NCBI GenBank assembly: GCA_019058295.1
Contig: JAHPZI010000017.1
Location: forward strand, 1-64,000
DNA: 64,000 bases
Direction of reading: 5' to 3'
DNA from: Promethearchaeota archaeon
GTDB taxonomy: Archaea > Asgardarchaeota > Lokiarchaeia > Sigyniarchaeales > SOKP01
In this document: positions 10,741 to 21,278 of the stretch, piece after piece
Layout: each line of letters begins with the position of its first letter
How positions within the stretch are numbered: position 1 is the first letter of the stretch
Translations under genes and position numbers: made by a program
Notes under the pieces: generated by a model
Seen by the model: the letters and a program-made list of their open reading frames with translations, nothing else
What the model was told of the DNA's origin: nothing
The model's database searches: none

Positions 10741-11391
10741 TTATTCTGATTTGGAAACATTACTCTTTGTTTTAAAAATAAGGTAAGCATCTCTGAATCT
10801 TAAGATAGCTGTGATAAAAATTAAAATAGCAAAAAGCCATAAAAGGATAAAACGTAATGGAATTATTAGTGTAATTATCATTAAAAATATGTAGGTTTCA
10901 AAACGTTCCATTAACCCCCTTCTATAATATATCACTTTTTGCGTTTCTTCTAATTCCTCGGCTTTAATAGCCCCTCCAACAACTAAGAACATTGTTATAC
11001 ATAATATTATTGCGCCAAGAGAGAAGATACCAGGCCACATTAGAAGTTCAGGATTAGTTGAGATAAGAGCGATAATTATAAACACCTCAACAGTTCGATC
11101 ACAAAAAATATCAAGGATTCCTCCAAATAATGTCTGTCCTTCCAGCCTCGCTAAAATCCCATCTAGAACATCAAAAAAAAAAGATAACGTCATAAGAATC
11201 GCAGCAATGATAATTAATTCAAAAGTATATTGAATTTTAGCACTTAAAAATATAAAAAAGGCACTTGAAAGACCTAAAACTAACCCTATGAGTGTAAGTT
11301 TATTGGCAGAAATTCTCCCAAAAAAGATCTTCTTTACAAATTTCTCAATTAATATTTTAATTTTTGTCTTTGAGAGCCAATAATCAAACAT
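10741..11391 (-). CDS. CDP-alcohol phosphatidyltransferase family protein
   Basis: D..DG..AR......GG..D...DR motif (DVLDGILAR...GGILDIFCDR). Confidence 0.9.
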   Translation of the reverse strand: MFDYWLSKTKIKILIEKFVKKIFFGRISANKLTLIGLVLGLSSAFFIFLSAKIQYTFELIIIAAILMTLSFFFDVLDGILARLEGQTLFGGILDIFCDRTVEVFIIIALISTNPELLMWPGIFSLGAIILCITMFLVVGGAIKAEELEETQKVIYYRRGLMERFETYIFLMIITLIIPLRFILLWLFAILIFITAILRFRDAYLIFKTKSNVSKSE

Positions 11392-11437
11392 TATACAATT
11401 AATTAAAGATATTGTTCTATTTGTATAATCAATAGTT

Positions 11438-12367
11438 TCAATATTCGATATTAAATTTTTTTAAATAATCGAATGCAGAATACGCAGCGATAACTCCTTC
11501 AGAAACTCCAGTAATAGCTTGTTTAAAGGGTGCATCTGCTACATCTCCAGCTGCATATATTCCAGGAATATTTGTCTCAGATTTTCGATTTATTATTATT
11601 TCCTTTTTCTGATTTAGTTTAACTCCTATATCCTTTACAATCTCGGATGCTGGATTAGACCCGATCTCAATAAACACGCCATCAACTTTAAATTCGTGAC
11701 CATTATCAAAAATGACAGACTTTACGTTCCCATCTCCTTTAATACTGGTTATATTAGTCTTGTAGATAATTTCAATATTATCTGTTTCATAAACACGTTT
11801 CTTATTTATTGGTTCAGCTCTAATTTCCTCACCTCTATAGATGATATATACCTTTTTAGCATGTTGTGATAAAAATAAAGCCTCTTTCGCAGCTGAATCA
11901 CTCCCACCAATTACAGCAACGACTTTATCTTTATAAAATGGTCCATCACAGGTTGCACAGTACGAAACTCCCCTTCCTGCGAATTCTTCTTCGCCAGGAA
12001 TTCCTAGTTTTCTTCGTTCTGAACCTGTAGCTATACAGATTGTGCGAGTTTTGAATCTCTGAAAAAAAGTATACAAAATGAAGTGATCTTTAGCTTTCTC
12101 AATATTCTTAATTTCATCTGAAATGTAAGGGATACTTAGAGAATCCATATGATCTCGAAACATTTCTACAAATTCAGTACCACTTACGGAGGTAATACCT
12201 GGATAGTTTTCTACAATATGAGTTGTTGCAATCAAGCCCCCATATGTTTTTCCAATTACTAATATATCCAATCCAAATCTAGCAGCATAGATTGCACAAC
12301 CTATTGCTGTTGGACCACCCCCTAATATAATAAAATCCCATATCTTATCAGGATCTAAATCAGTCAT
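11438..12367 (-). CDS. trxB: Thioredoxin reductase
   Basis: GGGPTA, GVSYCATCDG, GGSDSA and GIYAAGD motifs. Confidence 0.93.
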   Translation of the reverse strand: MTDLDPDKIWDFIILGGGPTAIGCAIYAARFGLDILVIGKTYGGLIATTHIVENYPGITSVSGTEFVEMFRDHMDSLSIPYISDEIKNIEKAKDHFILYTFFQRFKTRTICIATGSERRKLGIPGEEEFAGRGVSYCATCDGPFYKDKVVAVIGGSDSAAKEALFLSQHAKKVYIIYRGEEIRAEPINKKRVYETDNIEIIYKTNITSIKGDGNVKSVIFDNGHEFKVDGVFIEIGSNPASEIVKDIGVKLNQKKEIIINRKSETNIPGIYAAGDVADAPFKQAITGVSEGVIAAYSAFDYLKKFNIEY

Positions 12368-12368
12368 T

Positions 12369-13052
12369 TCAATATTGAACACGAATATTTCCCCCCATTA
12401 AAGCTTTTAAAATTTCATTTGGTCCAACCATTCCTGAAATTGCTGGTTTTTCGTTAATTACAGTATATGGTACTCCAGCTGCATCATAATATTGACCAAT
12501 ATCTTGATTAGCCATTATATCAACGATTACTGTTCTAATTTTTCCATTTCCTGCTAGAGCAAATAAATTCGCAACGGAAACAACCTGAGGGCAATATGGA
12601 CACATGTTTGTTATCATAACTTTTATCGTAGAAGGTGGGATTCTATCAATATTTTGTTTTATTGTTGCTTCATAATAATTACCTGCTCCTGCAAAAGCAA
12701 AAACTGTTTGAATGAATGGTTGGATTTCCCCAGCTTGCGGGGAAGCGAGATATCGTATCATCTCTCTTCCATTATCATCTAAAAAAAGAATAGTTGGCAC
12801 ACGAGAAATATCATATCTTTTTGCAAGTTCTAAATCATCATCTATGCATAATTCTTCAATCTTCAGCATACCATTTGAGTTCTCTTCATAAACTCTTAAT
12901 AGGGACATAAATTGTCCACAATCCATACACTCTCTTATCTGACTTCCTGTTGGTTGCCTTGTTTTACATGTAAATACTTTTAATTTTACGGCTTTTTTTA
13001 ATTTAGCCATTTCCCGTTTTATTATTTCTTTATATCGATCTTGAGACGAAAT
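12369..13052 (-). CDS. Protein disulfide oxidoreductase (two thioredoxin domains, PDO/AhpF-N type); probable ATT start
   Basis: CMDC and CPYC motifs. The GAGGTG SD lies 6 nt before the ATT at 13052, which aligns with the Met of the adjacent paralog. Confidence 0.85.
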   Translation of the reverse strand: MSSQDRYKEIIKREMAKLKKAVKLKVFTCKTRQPTGSQIRECMDCGQFMSLLRVYEENSNGMLKIEELCIDDDLELAKRYDISRVPTILFLDDNGREMIRYLASPQAGEIQPFIQTVFAFAGAGNYYEATIKQNIDRIPPSTIKVMITNMCPYCPQVVSVANLFALAGNGKIRTVIVDIMANQDIGQYYDAAGVPYTVINEKPAISGMVGPNEILKALMGGNIRVQY

Positions 13053-13073
13053 TTCAAACACCTCTTACATTAT

Positions 13074-13763
13074 TTACGCATACATGCCTCCTAAATCTAC
13101 TTTTCCCCTCGTAATTTTATCTAATAAATCTTGAGGAGAAAAAACACCAAAAATATGTTGGTCTTCATTAATCATAACATGGGGCACGCCCTGAATTTGA
13201 TACTTCATTGCAAGGTCTTGATTTACATCAATATCGATTATTTCGGTCTTTACTTTCCCTCTAGATAATATTGCGAATAAACCAGAAACTGGTACGACAC
13301 TTGGACAGTAAGGACAAGTTAAGGTTATAAAAAGTTTTAATGTTGATTTTTGCATATTCTTTAAATTCGTTATGATTGCATCATCATAAAAACTTCTCAC
13401 ACCTGAGAAATATATTAGATTCTGAATAAATGGAGCTGTTTCAGCACCGAGCGGATTTCCCAAATATCTAATAACCTCTTTTTCGTCTTGATCAATGAAA
13501 AGAATCGTTGGTATTCTTTTAACATTATATTTTTTTGCATCATCTATATCAATATCTATAGATTTCTCTTCTATCATCAATTTACCATTTGAGAACTCCG
13601 AAAGGTGCTCTAATAGGCTCATAGTACCATCACAAGACATGCACCTTCTCACTTTCTTTCCATTTTGTTCCTTAACATCAGTGAAAACTATTATATAGAT
13701 CTCATTTTTTAGCTTTGCCATCTCATTTTTTAAAATATCTTCATGTTGCTTAATATATGACAT
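13074..13763 (-). CDS. Protein disulfide oxidoreductase paralog
   Basis: CMSC and CPYC motifs. The ATG at 13763 follows an AAGGTG SD; the longer ORF-track N-terminus is AT-rich intergenic sequence. Confidence 0.88.
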   Translation of the reverse strand: MSYIKQHEDILKNEMAKLKNEIYIIVFTDVKEQNGKKVRRCMSCDGTMSLLEHLSEFSNGKLMIEEKSIDIDIDDAKKYNVKRIPTILFIDQDEKEVIRYLGNPLGAETAPFIQNLIYFSGVRSFYDDAIITNLKNMQKSTLKLFITLTCPYCPSVVPVSGLFAILSRGKVKTEIIDIDVNQDLAMKYQIQGVPHVMINEDQHIFGVFSPQDLLDKITRGKVDLGGMYA

Positions 13764-13897
13764 AATTAGATAAGCACCTTTTTTACTTCTACTAGTATTA
13801 TTTAAATTAATGTTTAAAATATTTTTATTGTTTAAATTATAAAAAAAAATTGATTTTTTATTATTTTCATATACTAATCTCTTTTTTATACATAATT

Positions 13898-14680
13898 TCA
13901 AAATCTCAAATGTTTTCTATCGCCCTGTTCAGGGTTTGTCGAATACTTATTAAAGAGAATTCTAAGTCGCTTTTGATCCATTCCTAATCTCCATAGCATA
14001 TATATTAAAAACCATGAAAAGATTGTTTTAAAATATCCATATTTTTCGAAGCGTCTGGTTAATGTCAATACTGCTGGTTTAATATAAACAAGATTCTTCT
14101 TTTGATATTTCTTTAATCTTTTAATAAAATCTAAATCTTCACAAATCCATAATGCAGAGAACCCGTTTAGCTGTTCATAAATGCTTTTTCGCACAAAGAT
14201 TGCATTATCACCCGGAAACGATTTAAGTAATCTAATAGACCAATTATCAAATCCATTCCAAAAATAATTAATAGTCTTAAGGAATTTAGAGAGTTTAAGA
14301 TCAGGGGACCATAACCATTTTTTTTCAAAACCACCCCCCACAATTTTAGAGGAGCGCATTTCATAATAAATCTTCAGCAATCCCCCCTCTGGTAATAGTG
14401 TGTCAGCATGTAAAAATAATAAAATATCACCTTTTGAAGCATTTGCTCCAGCGTTCAATTGTTTATATCTTCCTCTTGGACCAATAATTACCTTATCTGC
14501 AATATTTTTAGCAATTTCAACAGTTCGATCATTTGAACCTCCATCGCTTACAATAATCTCAAATGGAATTGATAGTTTTAATTTCGTTTGAGCAGCTTTT
14601 TTTACTGCTATAATTGATTTTTCAATATTTTCTTCTTCATTTAAAGTAATTATTATTACACTAATTAGCATTATCATCAA
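13898..14680 (-). CDS. GT2 glycosyltransferase (TIGR04283-like, rSAM/selenodomain-associated transferase 2)
   Basis: DGGSND, QLNAGA, LLFLHADT, GDNAIF, EDLDF and RRF motifs. Confidence 0.85.
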   Translation of the reverse strand: MMIMLISVIIITLNEEENIEKSIIAVKKAAQTKLKLSIPFEIIVSDGGSNDRTVEIAKNIADKVIIGPRGRYKQLNAGANASKGDILLFLHADTLLPEGGLLKIYYEMRSSKIVGGGFEKKWLWSPDLKLSKFLKTINYFWNGFDNWSIRLLKSFPGDNAIFVRKSIYEQLNGFSALWICEDLDFIKRLKKYQKKNLVYIKPAVLTLTRRFEKYGYFKTIFSWFLIYMLWRLGMDQKRLRILFNKYSTNPEQGDRKHLRF

Positions 14681-14682
14681 TT

Positions 14683-15471
14683 TTATTTTAATTTGCCAAT
14701 TTTACGCTTTCTTGTTTGACCATCAAATTTAATGATAGAAAGACCTAAATCATCAATAATTTGAGCAGTATAATAAGGATAATGAAATCCAAAATTTATT
14801 TCAGAAGCAGAAATTGCTTCAATATATAATATTAGGGAAACTAAGTCTTCTTCTATATCTATATCTCCATAAGGAGGTAGTAATTTTAATTTGAATTTTT
14901 TCTTCTTACAAAATTTTATAAATTGGGATAATTCAATCCCCCCTCTAAATAATTGATATTCAGAAAACCAATTGGAATCAAACTCATTTGTTAATCCAAC
15001 AAGATATATACCACCGCCACTAGAAGGGCCCAAAACCAATAAATTATCCTTATCCTTTGTTATTAATTCTTTTAAAGTATTATTTATTATCAAAGGATCT
15101 AAATAAGGTAAATCCGCACCAAGTACAATTAAATAATTTAAATTTAGTTTAAATGCCTCTTTTACAATTGAACCAAACCTTTGGTCAAAATTTGATCCTA
15201 CTTGTTTCAAATACTCAATTTTCTTATTTAAGAATCCATCTTTTCGAACAGATTCGACTATTCTTCTTATAATATCAAATGCTTCTTCTGGATGATATCC
15301 TATTAGAATTTTATCAACATGACTCTTCGAAGTTAGTGAAATTGTATCTTTTAACATAGCATCAGCTATTAGGGCCACGTCTTTTTCACTCAAAGAGGAT
15401 CCCTGCGTTAAGCGTGTTTTTACTAAACCAGGTATTGGTGCTTTTGAAAAGATGATTACTGCAGATTCCAT
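14683..15471 (-). CDS. DUF2064/TIGR04282-like (CofC-related) nucleotidyl/glycosyltransferase
   Basis: K.P.PG.VKTRL, GADLP, LGPS.GGG.YL.G and DID..EDL motifs. Confidence 0.85.
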   Translation of the reverse strand: MESAVIIFSKAPIPGLVKTRLTQGSSLSEKDVALIADAMLKDTISLTSKSHVDKILIGYHPEEAFDIIRRIVESVRKDGFLNKKIEYLKQVGSNFDQRFGSIVKEAFKLNLNYLIVLGADLPYLDPLIINNTLKELITKDKDNLLVLGPSSGGGIYLVGLTNEFDSNWFSEYQLFRGGIELSQFIKFCKKKKFKLKLLPPYGDIDIEEDLVSLILYIEAISASEINFGFHYPYYTAQIIDDLGLSIIKFDGQTRKRKIGKLK

Positions 15472-15519
15472 ATATTAAATTTAACCTTACAAGAAATAAA
15501 AAGATAAATAAAAAAAATT

Positions 15520-16326
15520 TTAGGGCTTTTTAGCAATCCATAAACCTCTACTTACCCAATTTTCATGTGCTGCTTTTTTCCAAGCTAGTACACCTTTTTC
15601 AGCTTCATTGTATAAATCTTCCCCAAAACCTGCTATTATATCTTGTTTCGCCCCTTGGAGGATTTCACCATATTTATCCATATGATTTGCAAAATCTTCA
15701 CCTAGATCTTCCTTTTCTTCAAGTTTCATTCCCACTCCTTCTATTAATTTACTATATCCATCAAGCGTTTGCAAATCCGGGAAGACCATAAACTCCATAA
15801 GATAATCCGCATCAGATTCAGGAGCATCTATAGGCCCCCATATCCAATCTGTAAACCCCAATAAACCACCAGACTTTAGGACACGGTAAATTTCTTCAAT
15901 CAATCGAGATTTATCCCGGATATAACACCAAGCATCTTGACCCCATACTACATCGAATGTTTCAGAATGTGCAGGAATATCTAGACCTGAACCTAATCTA
16001 TATTCTATTTTATTCGCATATGGTTTACCTTCCGTCCTTTTTTTAGCTTCCTCTAACATTTCTGGAGTTATATCCAGACCAACTACTTTAGTTCCATATA
16101 TCTCAGCTATTTGTCTTGCTGGACCACCTAAAGCGGAACAAATATCAAGAAGATAAGTATTATCTCCCCCAGTATCAAGACCTACTTTTTTTGCTAATAC
16201 ATCAGTCTGTTCCGGACCGCCAACATGGATCTGTTCACCCATTAATAACTCCCAAAGTTTTCCTCCTGGTCCAGCATATACTTCACTTACATCATTTACA
16301 CTAAAATCGTATTTTTTATGGAGCAT
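15520..16326 (-). CDS. Class I SAM-dependent methyltransferase
   Basis: IHVGG, LDICSALGGPAR, FDVVWGQD and E.YRVLK.GG motifs. Confidence 0.88.
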   Translation of the reverse strand: MLHKKYDFSVNDVSEVYAGPGGKLWELLMGEQIHVGGPEQTDVLAKKVGLDTGGDNTYLLDICSALGGPARQIAEIYGTKVVGLDITPEMLEEAKKRTEGKPYANKIEYRLGSGLDIPAHSETFDVVWGQDAWCYIRDKSRLIEEIYRVLKSGGLLGFTDWIWGPIDAPESDADYLMEFMVFPDLQTLDGYSKLIEGVGMKLEEKEDLGEDFANHMDKYGEILQGAKQDIIAGFGEDLYNEAEKGVLAWKKAAHENWVSRGLWIAKKP

Positions 16327-16427
16327 AATAACACTCTTTATTAAATAATTTTAGATTAAAATTTTTTATAGAAAAATATGATCAAATAATTCCTAAACCT
16401 TTCATTTATAAATTATAATTTATAGTT

Positions 16428-17510
16428 TTAGTCTTTAATTTTATTTTGATTAAAATGATAACATTTTGGGTCTGCGGCTAACATATCTCCTTCATAATAA
16501 TAAGCACTACTTCGGCAACCAAAGCAAAAAGAGTTATTAGCACAATTACTACAGTTTCCAGGTAGTTTAGATGGATCTCTAAAATCTAGAAATAATAATC
16601 GATTTTTTTTCTTTTCTATGAGGTTTTCAAGTTTCTCATCATTAACGTTTCCAAATTCTTCGGTTCTAATTACTGAACAAGGGGTCAACCAACCTTTTGA
16701 CGTTATACATACAACGGTCCCGCAATAAAACTTTGAAACATCCATTGCTCCACATGAGGGATCATCAGGATAATTTATAAGATCGCGATGAGCAAAGGCA
16801 TCCTCAATCTGGGCAATTGTGGGTTCCCATGATTTATTAGCATTCTGATGAATAACTGGATTAAATAGAGTCAAGCAGGTTTTTATATTGAATTTCTCTT
16901 GCATATATGAGATCATACCTTTAGCATCTCCATCTGCTAGAGGAGAAGTATAGGTGATACAATTCACCATCGATTCTGGATCTTTCCCAGCAGAAATTGT
17001 GTTCTTAATGCCTTTAAGAATTTGTTCAATGTTATCAGGATTACCATCACATCCCACACCTCCATGTAATTGACTGTATAACTCAGGATCAAGAGTATCT
17101 AAATGGGTAGATAAAAAACCATTTTTAGTTACCTCAACTACTTTTTTGGCAATCTCGGGATTGGCCAATGGAATTCCACTTGTCCAAATATTATTAATTA
17201 ATCCCAATTCCAATGCATATTGACAAAGTTCATACCAATCTTTTCTAACTAGAGGGTCTCCACCTAACCAGTCAATCATTCTTACTTCAATTTTCGCTGC
17301 TGAATCCAATAATTCTTTTATTTTCTCAGAACTCATACCTTTAGGAGAATCTGGTTTGCTACCGACATAACAATAATTGCATAACTGGGGGCATCTCAAT
17401 GTCGATTCAATTTGCAGGATAAATATTTTCCCTTCATTAAAATATTGCTCTTGAAGTTCAATTTCAGAGGTCATACCAGCATGCGCTAATGGTAGATCTT
17501 CCTTTTTCAT
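16428..17510 (-). CDS. Radical SAM protein with SPASM domain
   Basis: CPQLCNYC and GGDP motifs, plus C-terminal C...G.LTPC and CSNC.....C.GCR...Y.......DP.C. Confidence 0.9.
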   Translation of the reverse strand: MKKEDLPLAHAGMTSEIELQEQYFNEGKIFILQIESTLRCPQLCNYCYVGSKPDSPKGMSSEKIKELLDSAAKIEVRMIDWLGGDPLVRKDWYELCQYALELGLINNIWTSGIPLANPEIAKKVVEVTKNGFLSTHLDTLDPELYSQLHGGVGCDGNPDNIEQILKGIKNTISAGKDPESMVNCITYTSPLADGDAKGMISYMQEKFNIKTCLTLFNPVIHQNANKSWEPTIAQIEDAFAHRDLINYPDDPSCGAMDVSKFYCGTVVCITSKGWLTPCSVIRTEEFGNVNDEKLENLIEKKKNRLLFLDFRDPSKLPGNCSNCANNSFCFGCRSSAYYYEGDMLAADPKCYHFNQNKIKD

Positions 17511-17589
17511 ATATTAAGCACTTATTCTATCTATTTACTTTTATGAAATTGAGTTAACATTATAAATTTTAAGTTTATAAAAAAAAATT

Positions 17590-18348
17590 TTAACCATAGA
17601 TTGTTTTAACCCAGTCCGTTCCAACAGTAATACCTTGTATAAACAAAGCTACTAAAGCAGCAACCATAACAACAAAGACTATATAAAAACTATATTTAGG
17701 CCAAGGATTTTCCTTAATATTATAACCCATTTTATATTGTTCCCAGATCATTACAATACATAAAACAAATAGTCCTATATCAAAAGCCCATGTTGCCAAT
17801 TCTAAGCTCTCAGGAGGTAAATTCATTAAATATCCTGCTCTTGGACCGTATCCATATAATTGTGCTTCTATGGGTAATCTCACTAGGAAAAACATAAGAC
17901 CCATATGCGCTATAAGAATCCAAGCGATGATTAGTGTATGCATATTTACCCAATTCATACCTCTCTTACTCAATTTATCTTCTAGGAAGAGCCCTTCTTT
18001 GTTTTTTTCAATTAATACAACAAGAACCCATATAATAAATATTATTGAGCAGATTAATGTTAAGAAAACTGTATTAAATGAGCCGCCTCCAATTATTGGA
18101 AGCATCATAGCTTGAATCATAGCTATAGTTCTTGAAACAGGGCTTTTATGATACCATGCTAATCCCACGTTCATAATAATTATAGCATAAGCGATGTTGT
18201 GTGTCCAACGAGGATCTTTTATAGCATATTCAATAAATACCAACCACCAAATAAGATATGCAAGACCCATGATAAGTAACCCCATTCCTGGACCTACCAT
18301 CCATTTATTTTGTTTAGTAGCAACTTGTTTTGATTTATATTCATTCAT
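17590..18348 (-). CDS. Multi-pass membrane protein
   Basis: ~7 hydrophobic segments, with several His residues in or near the TM helices. Confidence 0.75.
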   Translation of the reverse strand: MNEYKSKQVATKQNKWMVGPGMGLLIMGLAYLIWWLVFIEYAIKDPRWTHNIAYAIIIMNVGLAWYHKSPVSRTIAMIQAMMLPIIGGGSFNTVFLTLICSIIFIIWVLVVLIEKNKEGLFLEDKLSKRGMNWVNMHTLIIAWILIAHMGLMFFLVRLPIEAQLYGYGPRAGYLMNLPPESLELATWAFDIGLFVLCIVMIWEQYKMGYNIKENPWPKYSFYIVFVVMVAALVALFIQGITVGTDWVKTIYG

Positions 18349-18555
18349 TTTAAATTCACACTCTGTGGATTAGATTAATACTTCAATAATTTGCTTGCTT
18401 ATATTTAAAATTTATAATTATAATATAAAGGAAGGAAGATTAAAATTGTATCTCATTCTGTAAAGAATCCTTCGAGATTAGATTTTTTTTCTATTTTTTT
18501 AGAATATATAGTGTAAAATATAAGTTATGAAAAACTCATCAGTTATATCTATAAA

Positions 18556-20058
18556 TTAATCATACTTACATTCTTTTACTAATTTTCCTCTTTCAGTGAG
18601 ATTCATTACAACGACTTTTGGTCTACTCATTGCTTCAATAGAATATTTTATACCTTGAGTTCCTAGTCCAGAAGATTTTGTTCCTAAAAAAGGAAAATGA
18701 TCAGGCCCTCTTGAACTTTTTCCATTAATTTGTACTGATCCTACTTCTAATTCTTGAGCGATGTTAAATGCTAGATCAATATTTTCGGTAAAAATCATTC
18801 CTTGTAAGCCATATTTTGATTGATTTGAGATCCGTATGGCTTCTTCGGCACTATAAACACGTATGAAAGGGAGTACAGGTCCGAAAGGTTCTTCCCAAGC
18901 AACACGCATATCAGTTGTTACATGATCTAAAACTGTAGGCCACATAATATTTCCCTCACGTTTGTTTCCACATTTTAGGGTTGCTCCTTTTTCTAAGGCA
19001 TCATCAATTAGTCCTTGGACATAATCACATTGTTTTGAGCTAATAAGAGGTCCAATTGTATTACTTTCGGCAGGATCACCAACGGTTAATTTAAGTGTTG
19101 CTTCTGTTACATCTTCAACAAGCTTATCAGCGATATTTGGCATAGGTAATACTCTTTTGACAGCTGTACAGCGTTGACCGCTAAATGAAAAGGCTCCAGA
19201 TATAATTGCATTTACTACAAGATCTAAATTCGCATCATTAAGAACTATAGCAGCATCTTTTCCGCCCAATTCTAATAATAATGGCTTCATTCCAGCTATT
19301 TTTGCCAGATGTTTTCCTGTCTCTGATGAGCCTGTAAAACTTATCATGTCTATCTTTGGATGAGCCGTTAAATAATCTCCAATTTCAGAACCTCGTCCAG
19401 TTATTATATTAAAGACACCAGGGGGGATACCAACCTTTTCTAAAATGACACCGAAATGTAATGGTGTAAGAGCTCCTTGAGTTGGAGGTTTCATTACTAC
19501 TGTATTTCCTGCTATTAAAGCCGGAGCAATTTTTGAGCCGGTTAAATTAAAGGGATAGTTAAAAGGACCTATACACAATACAACGCCCAAGGGAACTCTA
19601 TAGGTCATAGAGATTGTTTCTCTTGTAAATCCTTTAAAAATATCCCCCATTATTGTTTCACCTGAAATTTGAGAGGCGAAATCAGCTGTAGCATTAAAAA
19701 TATCAGCAGTTCTTGTAATCTCAGAAATCGCACTTTTAATGGGTTTACCGATTTCTTTCATTAATAAAGATCCTAAAGGTTTAGACCATTTTATCATCAA
19801 ATTAGCTGCCTTACGTAAAAATTCTGCTCGATCTCTAATAGGAATTTCATTCCAACACTCACTATTACTTCTAGCGCATTCGATTATTCGATCTGCTTCT
19901 TCTTTTGTACAAGCTTGAATATTACCTACTAAATCATTATTATATGGATTTCTAATTGGAATAATCTTACCAGATTCTGAATTCTTCCATTTTCCATCAA
20001 TAAAATATTTATAGTCTAAACCGTCTTTCATTATCGAAAATTCTTTAATCTCATTCAT
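18556..20058 (-). CDS. gapN: NADP-dependent non-phosphorylating glyceraldehyde-3-phosphate dehydrogenase (ALDH family)
   Basis: PFNYP, KPPTQG, LELGGKD, SGQRCTA, WEEPFGP and RGPDHFPF motifs. Confidence 0.88.
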   Translation of the reverse strand: MNEIKEFSIMKDGLDYKYFIDGKWKNSESGKIIPIRNPYNNDLVGNIQACTKEEADRIIECARSNSECWNEIPIRDRAEFLRKAANLMIKWSKPLGSLLMKEIGKPIKSAISEITRTADIFNATADFASQISGETIMGDIFKGFTRETISMTYRVPLGVVLCIGPFNYPFNLTGSKIAPALIAGNTVVMKPPTQGALTPLHFGVILEKVGIPPGVFNIITGRGSEIGDYLTAHPKIDMISFTGSSETGKHLAKIAGMKPLLLELGGKDAAIVLNDANLDLVVNAIISGAFSFSGQRCTAVKRVLPMPNIADKLVEDVTEATLKLTVGDPAESNTIGPLISSKQCDYVQGLIDDALEKGATLKCGNKREGNIMWPTVLDHVTTDMRVAWEEPFGPVLPFIRVYSAEEAIRISNQSKYGLQGMIFTENIDLAFNIAQELEVGSVQINGKSSRGPDHFPFLGTKSSGLGTQGIKYSIEAMSRPKVVVMNLTERGKLVKECKYD

Positions 20059-20177
20059 AAAAACCGACCTTAATAAACGTATTTATTATTTCAACAGACA
20101 TCTCTCTAAATATAAATTATCTTTATAAATTATAACTGAGAAAAATTTTTCTCTGATGTGATATTTTCTAAATTAGT

Positions 20178-21278
20178 ATGAGTCAGACTAAAGAACGAAA
20201 TTTTTTAATTGGGATTTTTGGTAATAATTTTGAACAATGTAACCTCATAGGGCAGGCTTTCGGTGCACCAGGTACAAGATCAGATATTCAATTTTATAAT
20301 CGTTTAGATGCGAATTTAGGTCAAGTTTTTTGTGCACTGACACCCGTAGAGTATCCGGATAAAATAAAACCCCTCATACAAGTTTTAACGATTACCAATA
20401 TTTATGTGTTGGTAATTGATTTAGATATAGGGTTAAACGCGGCTGTGGGAGAAATACTAGTTGGAATGGACATTTTCCATCAAATCTTTAATAAAAAATC
20501 CATAGTAGTAATAGCAAACATCAATTCTAAAACGGAATGGAAATTAAAACAGACAAAGAAACAACTGAATGATATCTTGAAAACTACTTCAATAGGAAGT
20601 CTTGAACTATTCGAAATTCGAGAGAAATCTGACTTTGATCTTCTTAAAAGTATGATCATTGAGATGGAAGATACTGTTTTAAGTGAGGAAAGCAACGAGA
20701 ATAATTCTTATACACAAGTTCTTATTGATCATTCCTTTCCAGTAAAAGGAATTGGAACGGTAATACTAGGCGTAGTAAAAAAAGGGAAACTAAATACAAG
20801 CCAAATGCTTGAACTTGTTGGATATGAAGGAATTGGAAAGAAAGTAATCATTAGGAATATCCAAAAGCATGATCGAAATTTTAAAAGCGCTTTTGAAGGA
20901 GATAGAGTTGGCTTAGCTTTGAAAGGGAATATCTCTCCAGGAGATATCAGCAGAGATAATATGCTAGTCACACCAGGAATTTTTAAACAAGAAAAAAAAA
21001 TTGAAGCACATGTTTTTATTAATCCATTCTATAAACCAAAAGGAGGAATCATTAAACCTGGAGGGACAATTCAATACCATGCACTTGTCAACTTAAAATC
21101 CTCTCCTATGAAATTCATGGAAGGTGATGAGTTAAAACCAGATAAAAACGGGAAAATTAAAATATCATTTAATAAATCTTTTCTTCATGATGGTTCTGGA
21201 TTAAAAGGTATTATAACTGAATTAAACAAATTTGAAAATAAATTAAGAATCGTTGGTTGGTTCACTCAGATATTATGA
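20178..21278 (+). CDS. Archaeal SelB-like/EF-Tu-domain protein with degenerate G domain
   Basis: IDHSFPVKGIGTVILG and GDRVGLALKG (EF-Tu domain II). No canonical GHxDxGK P-loop. Confidence 0.8.
   Translation: MSQTKERNFLIGIFGNNFEQCNLIGQAFGAPGTRSDIQFYNRLDANLGQVFCALTPVEYPDKIKPLIQVLTITNIYVLVIDLDIGLNAAVGEILVGMDIFHQIFNKKSIVVIANINSKTEWKLKQTKKQLNDILKTTSIGSLELFEIREKSDFDLLKSMIIEMEDTVLSEESNENNSYTQVLIDHSFPVKGIGTVILGVVKKGKLNTSQMLELVGYEGIGKKVIIRNIQKHDRNFKSAFEGDRVGLALKGNISPGDISRDNMLVTPGIFKQEKKIEAHVFINPFYKPKGGIIKPGGTIQYHALVNLKSSPMKFMEGDELKPDKNGKIKISFNKSFLHDGSGLKGIITELNKFENKLRIVGWFTQIL

Noticed and set aside
13764-13901. N-terminal extension of the 275-aa PDO ORF
   Set aside because: Low-complexity AT-rich intergenic sequence. 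The SD and paralog alignment place the start at 13763.
20178-21278. True selenocysteine elongation factor SelB
   Set aside because: It lacks an intact GTPase P-loop and the C-terminal extension; it fits the archaeal SelB-like family instead.
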